Origin: Macrostomum lignano
Lineage: Eukaryota
DNA: 64,000 nucleotides
Reading direction: 5' to 3'
NCBI GenBank assembly: GCA_002269645.1
Contig: NIVC01000327.1
Coordinates: 1-64,000 of the forward strand
Part shown: piece after piece, positions 36,809 to 49,100 of the stretch
How the letters are laid out: the number at the start of each line of letters is the position of its first letter
Numbering within the stretch: the stretch's first letter is position 1
Notes under the pieces: model-generated
What the model saw: only the letters and a program-made list of their open reading frames with translations
Database searches by the model: none
What the model was told of the DNA's origin: nothing
Program-made: the position numbers and the translations under genes

Positions 36809-37084
36809 AGAGAATGGCGAAATAACAAAACTGCAAGAATTAATAGTTGGCTGACACCTCAAGTTCTTGAACGCGTGTGTTTTTATTGCTTCCTTTGTGT
36901 GCTATTAAATTTTATACTAATGAATGAGTAGCATTGCTATGAAAACTGCTATAATTATTTTTTTAATTGTAAAGTTGAACTTTCTGTCGATTACTAATTT
37001 AAACTGAAAACGTTATTTAACAGTTAAATCCAGGCACCATTGAGGATTAAGGCCATTAACAGATTACGTAACACCACTATCAGA

Positions 37085-37592
37085 TTCAGATACTGATGGC
37101 ATTACCCGAATCTGTTAATCACATTATCAGAATCTGTAATGCCATTATCAGAATCTGTAATCACATTATCAGAATCTGTAATGCCATTATCAGAATCTGT
37201 AATCACATTATCAGAATCTGTAATGCCATTATCAGAATCTGTAATGCCATTATCAGAATCTGTAATGCCATTATCAGAATCTGTAATGCCATTATCAGAA
37301 TCTGTAATGACATTGTCAGAATCTACAACCACATTATCAGAATCTGTAATGCCATTATCAGAATCTGTAATGCCATTATCAGAATCTGTAATGCCATTAT
37401 CAGAATCCTTAATGCCATTATCAGAATCTGTAATGCCATTATCAGAATATGTAATGCTATTATCAGAATCTGTAATGCCATTATCAGAATCTGTAATGAC
37501 ATTATTAAAATCTGTAATCACATTATTAGAATCTGTAATGACATTGTCAGAATCTACAACCACATTATCAGAATCTGTAATGCCACTATCAG
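37085..37592 (+). repeat. Intergenic minisatellite, 21-bp unit CAGAATCTGTAATGCCATTAT
   Basis: Tandem copies between G-alpha and DNAJC11. Confidence 0.92.
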
Positions 37593-38387
37593 AAACAATG
37601 TTTATTTTTACATATAAATTTAAGATTCGACTTCGACAAAAAAAGAACTTTAAAATTCAGCTTTGCAATTGAAAAAAACTTCATCTATTCAAGACTAAAA
37701 TTGCAGGTTGTGTTTATTCATATATTTATTATTTTTAAAAGTATTTGTAAAAACGAATTCTTTCAAAGTATAACCTGCTTTTCACCTTCATAGATATTTT
37801 TCCATTCATACCCATTTGACACCCAAATCAGTGAATCCTGCCATTTAAACTTGGGCCAAATTATTTATTTACAACTCCTTTGTAATTACTTGAAATCAAA
37901 ATTGCCAAGCATAACAAATTTATTATTTTAATAATTTTATTAAGCTAGCACCAAAATTGCCAAACTATATTTTTAACCTTTGTATTGTCACCTTGTGCGC
38001 TTTGTTTAAATTTGTTATAATCATTTATGCCAAATAATTTTTGCACTTTCTTACTTATAAATTAATTTTATTAATTTTCCTTTGTTACTATTAATAACTA
38101 ATAATATGTAATCGCTAAGTAGTTTATTTTTTATTCAAAGACCTCGCAAATGCAATCGGTTCAAGTAGTTAACGATATTTTAAATAATAAATTAATTAAT
38201 TATTTTGTGTAATTTCCACTGACCTATGTTGTCTTGCATACAGTTATTTTCCTGAATGTTAAAAAATTATTTAATTCTAATTAATTAAAAATATAATTTA
38301 AGAATATCAAATTTCAGGTAATGTTCTCATCTTAAACATTAAAAAAGGCTATCTTCTAAGCTAAATTCAAACTAAAGTCTGCCTCTA

Positions 38388-41300
38388 ATGGCAGAGTTGC
38401 CAGAGTCAGTTGCCAATGCAGATTCTGCGGATCTGTACGCTTGTTTGGGAATTTCCCCGGATGCAAGTCAAGCTGATATTGCCACGGCCTACAGGTGCGA
38501 AATTGTTTATTCGTAGTTTTGATAATAATTAGTAATCTGTTATAATGGAATGATGCCATATTAAATAATACTGTTAAGTAGTTGGTGATGATTTGTCTGT
38601 TTTTTATTTCCATTACGTAACAAATAACGTCATCCTGATTTTATTTACTTACATATTTGATTACGTCATTGTGATTTTATCCACTTGCTTTATCGATGAC
38701 GTCATTGAGTTTTCATCTAATTACATAATAGATGACGTCATCGTGATTTTATTCAGTTACGTAATAGTGATTTCATCCAGTCACGTGATAAACTAAATTG
38801 TGGTTTCATTCAATTACATAATAGACGACGTAATTGTGGTTTCATTCGATTACGTAATAGATGACGTGATTGTGGTTTCATCCGATTACGTAATAGATGA
38901 CGTAATTGTGGTTTCATCCGATTACGTAAAAGATGACGTAATTTTAATTGAAAACATTGCATAATAGATGACGTCATCGTGACCTCTTCACCCCAAATCC
39001 AGGCGGCTCTCCAGAATAGTCCATCCGGACAAGCGAATCGCCTCCTCCTCCGCCGGAGACGCCTCCAGTTCGGCCAGTACGGACGCGGGCGACGCCGCTT
39101 ATCAGCGAATTCGTCGAGCCTACGACGTTCTGCGCGACTCTGAAACTCGACGAATCTATGACGAGTTCGGTCTGGAAGGCCTTCGGGCTCTAACAGACGG
39201 CGCCGTGGTGCTGCGTGGTCGCGGCGTGGCCGAACTCCGCGAGGAGCTGGTCCAGCTTCGCCGACTAAGAGAGGAGGCTGCAGTGATGAAGCTGACACAG
39301 CCGGCCACACAGCTAACGGTGGGATTGAACTGTTCGTCAGTGTTCAGCCCGATTGAGGAGGACCAACCAAAAGGCATTTATCTGGAGCGACTGTCCTTCT
39401 CGCAAAATACTAGCTTTATTGTGAGTTGCTTGACCCAATGGGATTCTCAACTCATTCTTGACCCCCCTGTTTGACCCAGTCCGATTTTTGACCCACCTGT
39501 TTGACCCAATAAGATTCTTGACCCACTTGTTTGACCCTATCCGATTCTTGACCCACCTGTTTGACCCAGTCCGACCCACTTTTTTTGACCAATCGATTAT
39601 TGACCCACTTGTTTGACCCAATCAGATTCTTGACCCATATGCTTGACACAATGAAATTCTTGACCCATCAGGTGACCCAATGAGATTCTTGACCCATCAG
39701 CTTGACCCAGTGAGATTCTTGACCGATCAGGTGACCCAATGAGATTCTTGACTTATCGGCTTGATCCAATGAGCTGTTTGGCTTGGCTCAGTGAGATTCT
39801 TGACGCACCAGCTTGAACCAGTGAGATTCTTGACCCACCTGTTTGAACCAATCCGATTATTGACCCACCTGTTTCAATCCGATTATTGACCCACTTGTTT
39901 GAACCAATCCGATTCTTGACCCACTTGTTTGACGCAATGAGATTCTTGACCCAAAAGCTTGACCCAGTGAGATTGTTGACCCATCAGTTTGACCCAATCC
40001 GATTCTTGACCAACCTGTTTGATTTACATTCTTGACCATCAGCTTGACCCAATGAGATTTTTGACCTGACCTATCAGCTTGACCCACTGAGATTCTTGAC
40101 CCATCAGCTTGACACAATGATATTCTTGACCCATCAGCTTGACACAATGATATTCTTGACCCATCAGCTTGACCCAATGAGATTCTTGATCATCAGCTTG
40201 ACCCAACGAGATTCTTGATTATCAGCTTGACCCAGTGAGATTCTTGACCGATCAGGTGACCCAATGAGATTCTTGACTTATCGGCTTGATCCAATGAGCT
40301 GTTTGGCTTGGCTCAGTGAGATTCTTGACGCACCAGCTTGAACCAGTGAGATTCTTGACCCACCTGTTTGAACCAATCCGATTATTGACCCACCTGTTTC
40401 AATCCGATTATTGACCCACTTGTTTGAACCAATCCGATTCTTGACCCACTTGTTTGACGCAATGAGATTCTTGACCCAAAAGCTTGACCCAGTGAGATTG
40501 TTGACCCATCAGTTTGACCTAATCCGATTGTTGACCAACCTGTTTGATTCAGATTCTTGACCCATAAGCTTGACCTAATGAGATTCTTGACCCATCAGCT
40601 TGACCCAATAAGATTCTTGACTCAAAAGCTTGACCCAAATCCGACCTTACAACCTACCCACCCTGAATTTCAGCTGACGCCAAAGCACCGATTAGTCCTA
40701 GCCGGTTCCCTAGGCAACATGGGTCGAACCTACGTGCCCACCGTGTCATTAACAATGCGATCGCAGCTCACTGACAAGCTCAGCTCTGATGTCACGTTGG
40801 GATTAAACTACTTGCCAACAGCTGCTGGCAAGTTAACATATCGGTTGTCGCCAAATTTATTGGCTTCAGTGCGAGCGGAGGTGACCTCTATGCAGGGGGG
40901 CACTCTGGTGCCGAAGCTCACGCCATCGCTTTCGTGTCAGATCAGTCCAAAGTGCGTTGGCACACTTTCTTACGCTTGGAATTCTCCAAATAAAGGCGCC
41001 AGAGCTGAAGTGCTGTGGCAGGCTGCCGAAGGTTTTCACGGCAAAGCGGCTTTGTTTCTGGCACCTAACGATGCTGGAGGCCAGGTGAGAAGCAGAGATA
41101 AAGAATAACTGTGGCTTTTTAACAAAGATTTAAATAAATATTTAATATTAGCATTATGTACGATCATAAGAAACAGACTCAAATATTCAACATACTCGAA
41201 TACAATAAAGACAGATTCACGAACATCATCGAACAAAGAGTCAAAAATCATAGAACAAAGAGTCAAACATCATAGAACGAAGAGTTAAACATCATCGAAC

Positions 41301-43257
41301 AAAGAGTCAAACATCATAGAACAAAGAGTCAAACATCATAGAACAAAGAGTCAAACATCATAGAACAAAGAGTCAAACATCATAGAACAAAGAGTCAAAC
41401 ATCATAGAACAAAGAGTCAAACATCATAGAACAAAGAGTCAAACATCATAGAACAAAGAGTTCAACATCATAGAACAAAGAGTTAAACATCATCGAACAA
41501 AGAGTCTAACATCATAGAACAAAGAGTCAAACATCATAGAACAAAGAGTCAAACATCATAGAACAATAAGTCAAACATCATAGAACAAAGAGTTCAACAT
41601 CATAGAACAAAGAGTCAAACATTAGCAAGCACAGAACCAAATGAATTACTAAACAAAGACTCAAATGCATTGACAAACAAAGACTCAAATACATTAGCAT
41701 ACAACGACTCAAACATTAACAAACAGACTTAAATAATTTACATTAACAGACTCAAATACATTAGCAAACAAAGACCCAAACAGAACAGTAGAAATAAGAC
41801 AAATTCTGCGCTTTTTCTCCCTGTACTATAAGCTCTCCTGCACTCGAGAAGTTGGCGATCTGCGCATGGGTGTCTCGTGCCAACTAACGCTAAAAGAGCT
41901 TTGGTCTCTGCGCTACCATTTGGCCCAGAAGGTGTCCGAATACAGCGAGGCCGGCATGTCCATTCGGGTTGGCCCCAACGTTGGCGTCAGACTCAAACTC
42001 AGTCTGAGCAGAGGCAATCAAGTCTACGCTATGCCTATAGTCCTGTCCGAGTGGATGGACCCGGCCGCCATAGTTTATGGCACCGCTGTGCCTCTGCTAG
42101 CCTATGCTGTTGTGTACAAGTGCATCTATGCTCCTTGGCTGGCTAAATTTCAGGTGAGACTCATGCATAACACGCTAGACCCTCCCCTTCCCTGTCACCC
42201 TCCGCTAGACCCTCCCCTGTCACCCTCCGCTAGACCCTCCCCTGTCACCCTCCGCTAGACCCTCCCCTGTCACCCTCCGCTAGACCCTCCCCTGTCACCC
42301 TCCGCTAGACCCTCCCCTGTCACCCTCCGCTAGACCCTCCCCTGTCACCCTCCGCTAGACCCTCCCCTGTCACCCTCCGCTAGACCCTCCCCTGTCACCC
42401 TCCGCTAGACCCTCCCCTGTCACCCTCCGCTAGACCCTCCCCTGTCACCCTCCGCTGGATCCCCAGCCTCTGTTCTGTCACCCTCCGCTAGACTCTCCAG
42501 CCTCTGTTCTGTCACCCTCCGCTAGACTCTCCAGCCTCTGTTCTGTCACCCTCCGCTAGACCCTCCAGCCTCTGTTCTGTCACCCTCCGCTAGACCCTCC
42601 AGCCTCTGTTCTGTCACCCTCCGCCAGACCCTCCAGCCTCTGTTCTGTCACCCTCCGCTAGACCCTCCAGCCTCTGTTCTGTCACCCTCCGCTAGACTCT
42701 CCAGCCTCTGTTCTGTCACCCTCCCCCTAGCAACTGTCTTTCAGTCTTTAACCCCCTGTCCCCCAACCCTCTCTCTCCAGCAGCAGTCCCGCAGTCAGCA
42801 GTCGGACACCGAAGCCTCAGGCCGCGCGGCTCGCCAAGCCGAGGCCCTGTCAGCCCAGTCTCTGATGCGCCAGTCTGCTCAAAACTCTCGCGAATCAGAG
42901 CGCAGTCGTGGCGGCCTAGTTATCGATCGAGCAGTCTACGGTTACCTAGCAACTAATGAGGCTGATCAACAGTTGCCGTCAGACTCTTCGTCATCAGTCA
43001 TTGACGTCACCGACTGTTTGCAAATCCTTGTCGATCAGTCGCATTTGGAGATTCCAGCCTCTTTGACTAAAGCCGATTTGCCGGGATTCTACGATCCAGC
43101 GCCGCCGCCGTCTTCTTCGACATCGTCATCGACAGGTGCCGCTAGCGACACCCGACACCTGTTGATCCGGTACACCTTCAACGGGACGGCGCATTCTGTG
43201 CTGTTAGGCGACGGAGATTCTGTCCGATTGCCGCAGAGAAGGCACGCCGTAGCTTAA
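38388..43257 (+). CDS. DNAJC11: DnaJ homolog subfamily C member 11 (mitochondrial J-protein), 5 exons, ~577 aa
   Basis: Exons 38388-38494, 39003-39420, 40674-41084, 41833-42153, 42781-43257 join in frame. J domain with HPD; VGVRLKLSLSRGNQVYAMPIVL; C-terminal GLVIDRAVYG, IDVTDCLQ, KADLPGFYDP, LLIRYTFNG. Confidence 0.92.
38610..38980 (+). repeat. Intronic degenerate ~36-bp repeat GATTACGTAATAGATGACGTAATTGTGGTTTCATCC
   Basis: DNAJC11 intron 1; rich in ACGT palindromes. Confidence 0.8.
39450..40640 (+). repeat. Intronic minisatellite, ~30-bp unit TTGACCCAATGAGATTCTTGACCCATCAGC
   Basis: DNAJC11 intron 2; includes a larger block duplication (~39650-40030 vs ~40190-40560). Confidence 0.88.
41215..41620 (+). 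repeat. Intronic minisatellite, 22-bp unit GAACAAAGAGTCAAACATCATA
   Basis: DNAJC11 intron 3. Confidence 0.92.
42170..42725 (+). repeat. Intronic minisatellite, 25-bp unit CCTGTCACCCTCCGCTAGACCCTCC switching to a 34-bp variant
   Basis: DNAJC11 intron 4. Confidence 0.92.
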
Positions 43258-43427
43258 GTAATCGGCCCTGGTTTGGTTGTCGTGAGATTCGTTCATTCGG
43301 TTTGAGTATTGTCTGGTACCTTTGATCGGTTTCTGTCTTTGTCTTTGTCTGTCTCTGCTGCCTCTGTTTCCTGTGGCTCCGCTACTTTCTGTCAGTGCGG
43401 CTTCACTACTTTTATCGTTATCTCTTC

Positions 43428-44690
43428 ATTTCTCCCCTCTCCTTCTTCCTCTCCCTCTGCCTCTCCTCCCTCTCCCTCTCCCTCTCCTTCTCTCTCTACC
43501 TCTCCCTCTCCTTCTCCCTCTACCTCTACCTCTCCTTCTCCCTCTACCTCTACCTCTACCTCTCCTTCTCCCTCTCCCTCTACCTCTACCTCTACCTCTC
43601 CCTCTCCCTCTGCCTCTCCTCCCTCTCCCTCTCCCTCTACCTCTACCTCTCCCTCTCCCTCTCCCTCTGCCTCTCCTTCCTCTCCCTCTGCCTCTCCTCC
43701 CTCTCCCTCTACCTCTCCCTCTACCTCTCCCTCTCCTTCTCCCTCTACCTCTACCTCTACCTCTCCTTCTCCCTCTACCTCTACCTCTACCTCTCCTTCT
43801 CCCTCTACCTCTACCTCTACCTCTCCTCTCCCTCTGCCTCTCCTCCCTCTCCCTATCCCTCTCCCTCTAACTCTACCTCTCCCTCTCCCTCTCCCTCTGC
43901 CTCTCCTCCCTCTCCCTCTCCCTCTACCTCTACCTCTCCCTCTCCCTCTCCCTCTGCCTCTCCTCCCTCTCCCTCTCCCTCTCCCTCTACCTCTACCTCT
44001 CCCTCTCCCTCTGCCTCTCCTCCCTCTCCCTCTACCTCTACCTCTCCCTCTCCCTCTCCCTCTGCCTCTCCTCCCTCTCCCTCTCCCTCTACCTCTACCT
44101 CTCCCTCTACCTCTACCTCTCCCTCTACCTCTCCCTCTCCCTCTACCTCTCCCTCTCCCTCTACCTCTCCCTCTACCTCTCCCTCTCCCTCTACCTCTCC
44201 CTCTCCCTCTCCCTCTGCCTCTCCTCCCTCTCCCTCTCCCTCTACCTCTACCTCTCCCTCTACCTCTACCTCTCCCTCTACCTCTACCTTTCCCTCTACC
44301 TCTCCCTCTCCCTCTACCTCTCCCTCTCCCTCTACCTCTCCCTCTACCTCTCCCTCTACCTCTACCTCTCCCTCTCCCTCTACCTCTCCCTCTACCTCTC
44401 CCTCTACCTCTCCCTCTACCTCTCCCTCTCCCTCTACCTCTCCCTCTACCTCTCCCTCTCCCTCTCCCTCTCCCCCGCTCTCCCTCTCCCTCTACCTCTC
44501 CCTCTCCCCCGCTCTCCCTCTCTTTCCTCCTCTCCGTCGTCTCTCTTCTGTCCCCTTTTCCTCCCACCTACAATCTCCCACTCTCTCCTTTTATCTTTCC
44601 TTCCTCCCTATCTTCTCCCTCTCTCTGTCCCTTGTCCCCCCTCCTCTCTCTAATATCTCCAGCTCATCGCCTCTCCTATTCTCCTCTACT
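43428..44690 (+). repeat. Polypyrimidine simple repeat (CTCTCC / CTCTAC hexamers), ~1.25 kb
   Basis: Almost purely C/T on the + strand; it produces the spurious Pro/Leu, Ser/Pro and Gly/Arg ORFs. Confidence 0.95.
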
Positions 44691-45334
44691 CCCTCCTAGC
44701 AATTCAAAGGCAGTTAGTAACACGGCTAAGGCTGGAGCCAACTTGCCCGTATTTATTCCTAGTGCTAATCAATGATTCCGAGTGAAAAAGACCACGCATG
44801 AAAACATTCAAAATTTTTACTATCAATTTCGCTAGCGATACTGTGTGACCCGTGAGTTTTACCTGATCTTAGTCCACTTGAAATGCCACCCACCCTTTCA
44901 ACAGCCTGTTTTCGCAGTACAGTCTTCCCAGAGAGACGCAATATATACATATAAAGTCGAATTGTTACTGTTTGCCTTTTTCACTTTGCACAAAAATTAG
45001 AAGAAAAAAACTGCTTTATTGCGCCAGTGTTTTCACAAGCTACACCTCTTGACATGCGAATTTAGCTATCAAAATTAGAATTGCTCAACAATCTGTTCAG
45101 TGACACGTTAAATATATATTTAGCTAACTTATGTCAAATGAAAATTCATGCTTTCACAAGCAGCAGATGACAAAATTATGCAATTAGTTGTCGCATATGA
45201 TTTTAGACTGAAATATTTTTGGACTTTTTGGCATGGTTTTTAGTTTATTTTGGTGTAACGTCTTTAGATTTTTAGCGGAATTAATTTAAACGACGATTAA
45301 TTGGCTCGTATTTTGTAAAAATTATAAGCTTACA

Positions 45335-46075
45335 GCATAGGGGCGCCAAAGCTACAGCATAGGGGCGCCAAAGCTACAGCATAAGGGCGCCAAAGCAACA
45401 GCAAGGGGGCACCAAGGCAGTAAGAAAGCGCCAAAGCAACAGCACAGGGGCGCCAAAGCTACAGCAGAGGGCGCCAAAGCAACAGCAAGGGGCGCCAAAG
45501 CAACAGCAAGGGGGCGCCAAAGCAACAGCAAGGGGGCGCCAAAGCTACAGCAAGGGGGCGCCAAAGCTACAGCATGGGGGCGCCAAAGAAACAGTAAGGG
45601 GGCGCCAAAGCTGCAGCAAGGGGGCGCTAGAGCTACAGCACGGGGGCGCCAAGGCAGTAAGAAAGCGCCAAAGCAACAGCAAGGGGTGCCAAAGCTACAG
45701 CATGAGGGCGCCAAAGCTACAGGCTACAGCACTGGAGCGCCAAATCTAAAGCAATGGGTGCCAAAGCTACAGCAAGGGGGCGCCAAAGCAACAGCATGGG
45801 GGCGCCAAAGCTACAGCAAGGGGGCGCCAAAGCTACAGCAAGGGGCGCCAAAGCTACAGCAAGAGGGCGCCAAGGCAGTAAGAAAGCGCCAAAGCAACAG
45901 CAAGGGAGCGCCAAAGCAACAGCAAGGGGCGCCAAAGCTACAGCAAGGGGCATCAAAGCTACAGCATGGGGGCGCCAAAGCTACAGCAAGGGGCACCAAA
46001 GCTACAGCAAGGGGGCGCCAAAGCTACAGCAAGGGGCATCAAAGCTACAGCATGGGGGCGCCAAAGCTACATCAC
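45335..46075 (+). repeat. Intergenic minisatellite, ~21-22-bp unit GGGGCGCCAAAGCTACAGCAA
   Basis: Tandem copies just 3' of the CYP stop codon. Confidence 0.9.
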
Positions 46076-46163
46076 AGGAGCGCCATACACTTCTGAATAC
46101 AGTGACTTTGACATGTGTTACTAAAAATACAGCAATTAAAATCCGTAAAGAAGGAAAAATTGA

Positions 46164-49100
46164 TCAAAACCGCCTACTAAATCGGAGCGTGTGCTTTTCC
46201 GGCACTCGAATCAGCGACAATCGACCCTCCAGTAGTTTCTCTCGATCTCCATAGCAACAATCCGATCCTAGTTCTACTCGGTATCGCCTCATCAGGTTGG
46301 CAAAGATCAGGAAGATCTCCTGACGAGCTAGGCCTTCGCCTAGGCAAGCCCTGCGTCCGATCATGAACGGAATGAGATAGCGGCTGGGTTGATATCGGCC
46401 ATCATTGTCCAGGAAATGACCGGGATAAAAACCTTGCGGATGGCTCCAGTGCCTCTCGCTGTGGTGTACAGCATAGGCTAAAGGCATCAGAGCTGCGTCC
46501 TTTGGAATCAGATAGCCGCGCAGTTCTGCGTCCCGAGTTGCCCGGTGGAATGTTCCATTGCTAGACAGGGAGACCCGTCTGTAGCACTCGTCTATGACCG
46601 CCTGGGTGTAGTGAAGCGAGTCACGGTCGTCTAGACAGATTTCCTCGGCGCTTTTGTTGGTGTCTGGATTGCGGTGAATAAGCTGGTCGAGCTCTTGTTG
46701 GACCTTGGACTGAGAGCAGGGTTTTTAGCGGCCGAGTACGTTATTTTGTTTGGAACTTATCGCACATTTCTCTAACAGGTGGCACTATCCCCTGTCTAAC
46801 AGGTGTGACACTATCCCGTCTAATAGGTGTGACACTATCCCCTGTCTAACAGGTGTGACACTATCCCTTATCTAACAGGTGTGGCACTATCCCCTGTCTA
46901 ACAGGTGTGACACTATCCCCTGTCTAACAGGTGTGACACTATCCCCTATCTAACAGGTTTGGCGCAATCCCCTGTCTAGTAGGTGTGACACTATCCCCTG
47001 TCTAACAGATGTGACACTATCCCCTGTCTGACAGGTGTGACACTATCCCCTGTCTAACAGGTGTGACACTATCCCCTGTCTAACAGGTGTGACACTATCC
47101 CCTGTCTAACAGGTGACACTATCCCCTGTCTAACAGATGTGACACTATCCCCTGTCTGATAGGTGTGACACTATCCCCTGTCTAACAGTTGACACTATCC
47201 CCTGTCTGACAGATGTGACACTATCCCCTGTCTGACAGGTGTGACACTATCCCCTGTCTAACAGGTGTGACACTATCCCCTGTCTAACAGACGTGACAAT
47301 ATCCCCATTCCCCTGTCTAACAGATGTGACACTATCCCCTGTCTGACAGGTGTGACACTATCCCGTCTTACAGGTAAAATGCCACAGTATCATGAGTCTA
47401 TCAGACACCCACCTGTTCATCCGGATAGGCAGCCATATACAACAGCAGCCACTCCAACGACCTTGCAGTAGTTGCTGTACCGCCAAAGAACAGCTCCATG
47501 CAGACTCGAACAATTTGAAAATCTGAATAGGTTTCAAAATCGCCAGCCGATTCGGCCTGAACTTTCGCCAAATTGTAAGCGTCTGTCAGGCATTCAGCCG
47601 GACTGCTTTTGGGTTGTTGGCAATTCAACAGCTGCCTTCGTTTGAGCACCTCGCCTTGTACAAATTGAAACATGATGTCAAATCGGGTCTGTATCTCTTT
47701 AGCCGTTTTGGTCCAGTGAAAAATGTAGTCAATAAATGGGAATAACATTGGCAGCGGGTTCATCAGTCTGGAATCGGAAAACACAGACATTGATATGACT
47801 GTAGGCTGTTAGACAATTGATCGAACCTATCCAACACTTAGATAAAAAATGAAGCTTGTTAGACACGGAATGAAGCTTGTTAGACACGGAATGTAGCTTT
47901 TTAGACACGGAATGAAGCTTGTTAGGCACGGAATGAAGCTTGTTAGACACGGAATGAAGCTTGTTAGACACGGAATGAAGCTTGTTAGACACGGAATTAA
48001 GTCTGTTAGACACGGAATGAAGCTTGTTAGACACGGAATGACGTCCGTTATGCACGGAATGAAGCTTGTTAGACACAGAATGAAGCCTGTTTGACACAGA
48101 ATGAAGCCTGTTAGACACGGAATGAGGCTTGTTATACACGGAATGAAGCTTGTTAGACACGGAATAAAGCTTGTTAGACACGGAATAAAGCTTGTTAGAC
48201 ACGGAATGAAGCTTGTTAGACAGAATGAAGCCTGTTAGACACAGAATGAAGCCTGTTAGACACGGAATGAGGCTTGTTATACACGGAATGAAGCTTGTTA
48301 GACACGGAATGAAGCTTGTTAGACACGTAATTAAGCTTGTTAGACACTGAATGACGTCTGTTATTCACGGAATGAAGCTTGTTAGACACAGAATGAAGCT
48401 TGTTAGACACGGAATGACGTCTGTTATACACGGAATGAAGCTTGTTAGACACGGAATGAAGCTTGTTATACACGGAATGAAGCTTGTTAGACACAGAATG
48501 CAGCTTGTTAGACACGTAATGAAGCTTGTTAGACACGGAATGAAGCTTGTTAGACACGGAATGAAGCTTGTTAGACACGGAATGAAGCTTGTTAGGCACG
48601 GAATGAAGCTTGTTAGACACGGAATGAAGCTTGTTAGACACGGAATTAAGCTTGTTAGACACGGAATGAAGTCTGTTAGACACGGAATAAGGTTCGTTAG
48701 ACACTTGTTATAACCTTTACAACATGATAGCTTGAAAATCTCAGGACACTAACTTGGTATACTCGTCGAAAGCTTTGAGATAATCTCGATAATTCTCATC
48801 ATCATCCCGGTACACTTTGCCAAGCGTTAGCTTGGAAATCACACTGTTCACAGCCGGGGTCAGCAGGTCAATAGTAGTGACCGGCTGCCCAGCTGCCGCC
48901 ATCGAGTCCAACTTGACCATCATCCCGGCCAGTTCGTCCGAGATTTGTCTGGCCGATTCTGAGCGAGCAAATCCGATGCTTTTTAAATATCGCAAGCTGA
49001 AATTTCGCTGGTGGCTCCATTTCTCGCCTTCGGTGAACAGGATTCCGCAGCCGCGGGTCATTCTTCGGACGAATCTGGGGGGGGGGGGCAGTGGGTTTGC

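Noticed and set aside
37096-37672. Repeat ORFs (IIRICNA, MPLSESV, DSDNGIT) resembling antifreeze or adhesive proteins
   Set aside because: A 21-bp minisatellite open in several frames; no signal peptide or splice support.
43309-44775. 488-aa, 434-aa and 391-aa low-complexity ORFs (PSPS/PLPL/GRGR)
   Set aside because: Translations of a stop-free hexamer pyrimidine tract, with no domain content or splice context.
47729-48713. NKLHSVS / MKLVRHG repeat ORFs
   Set aside because: They lie within CYP intron 2, and the CYP exons join in frame without them.
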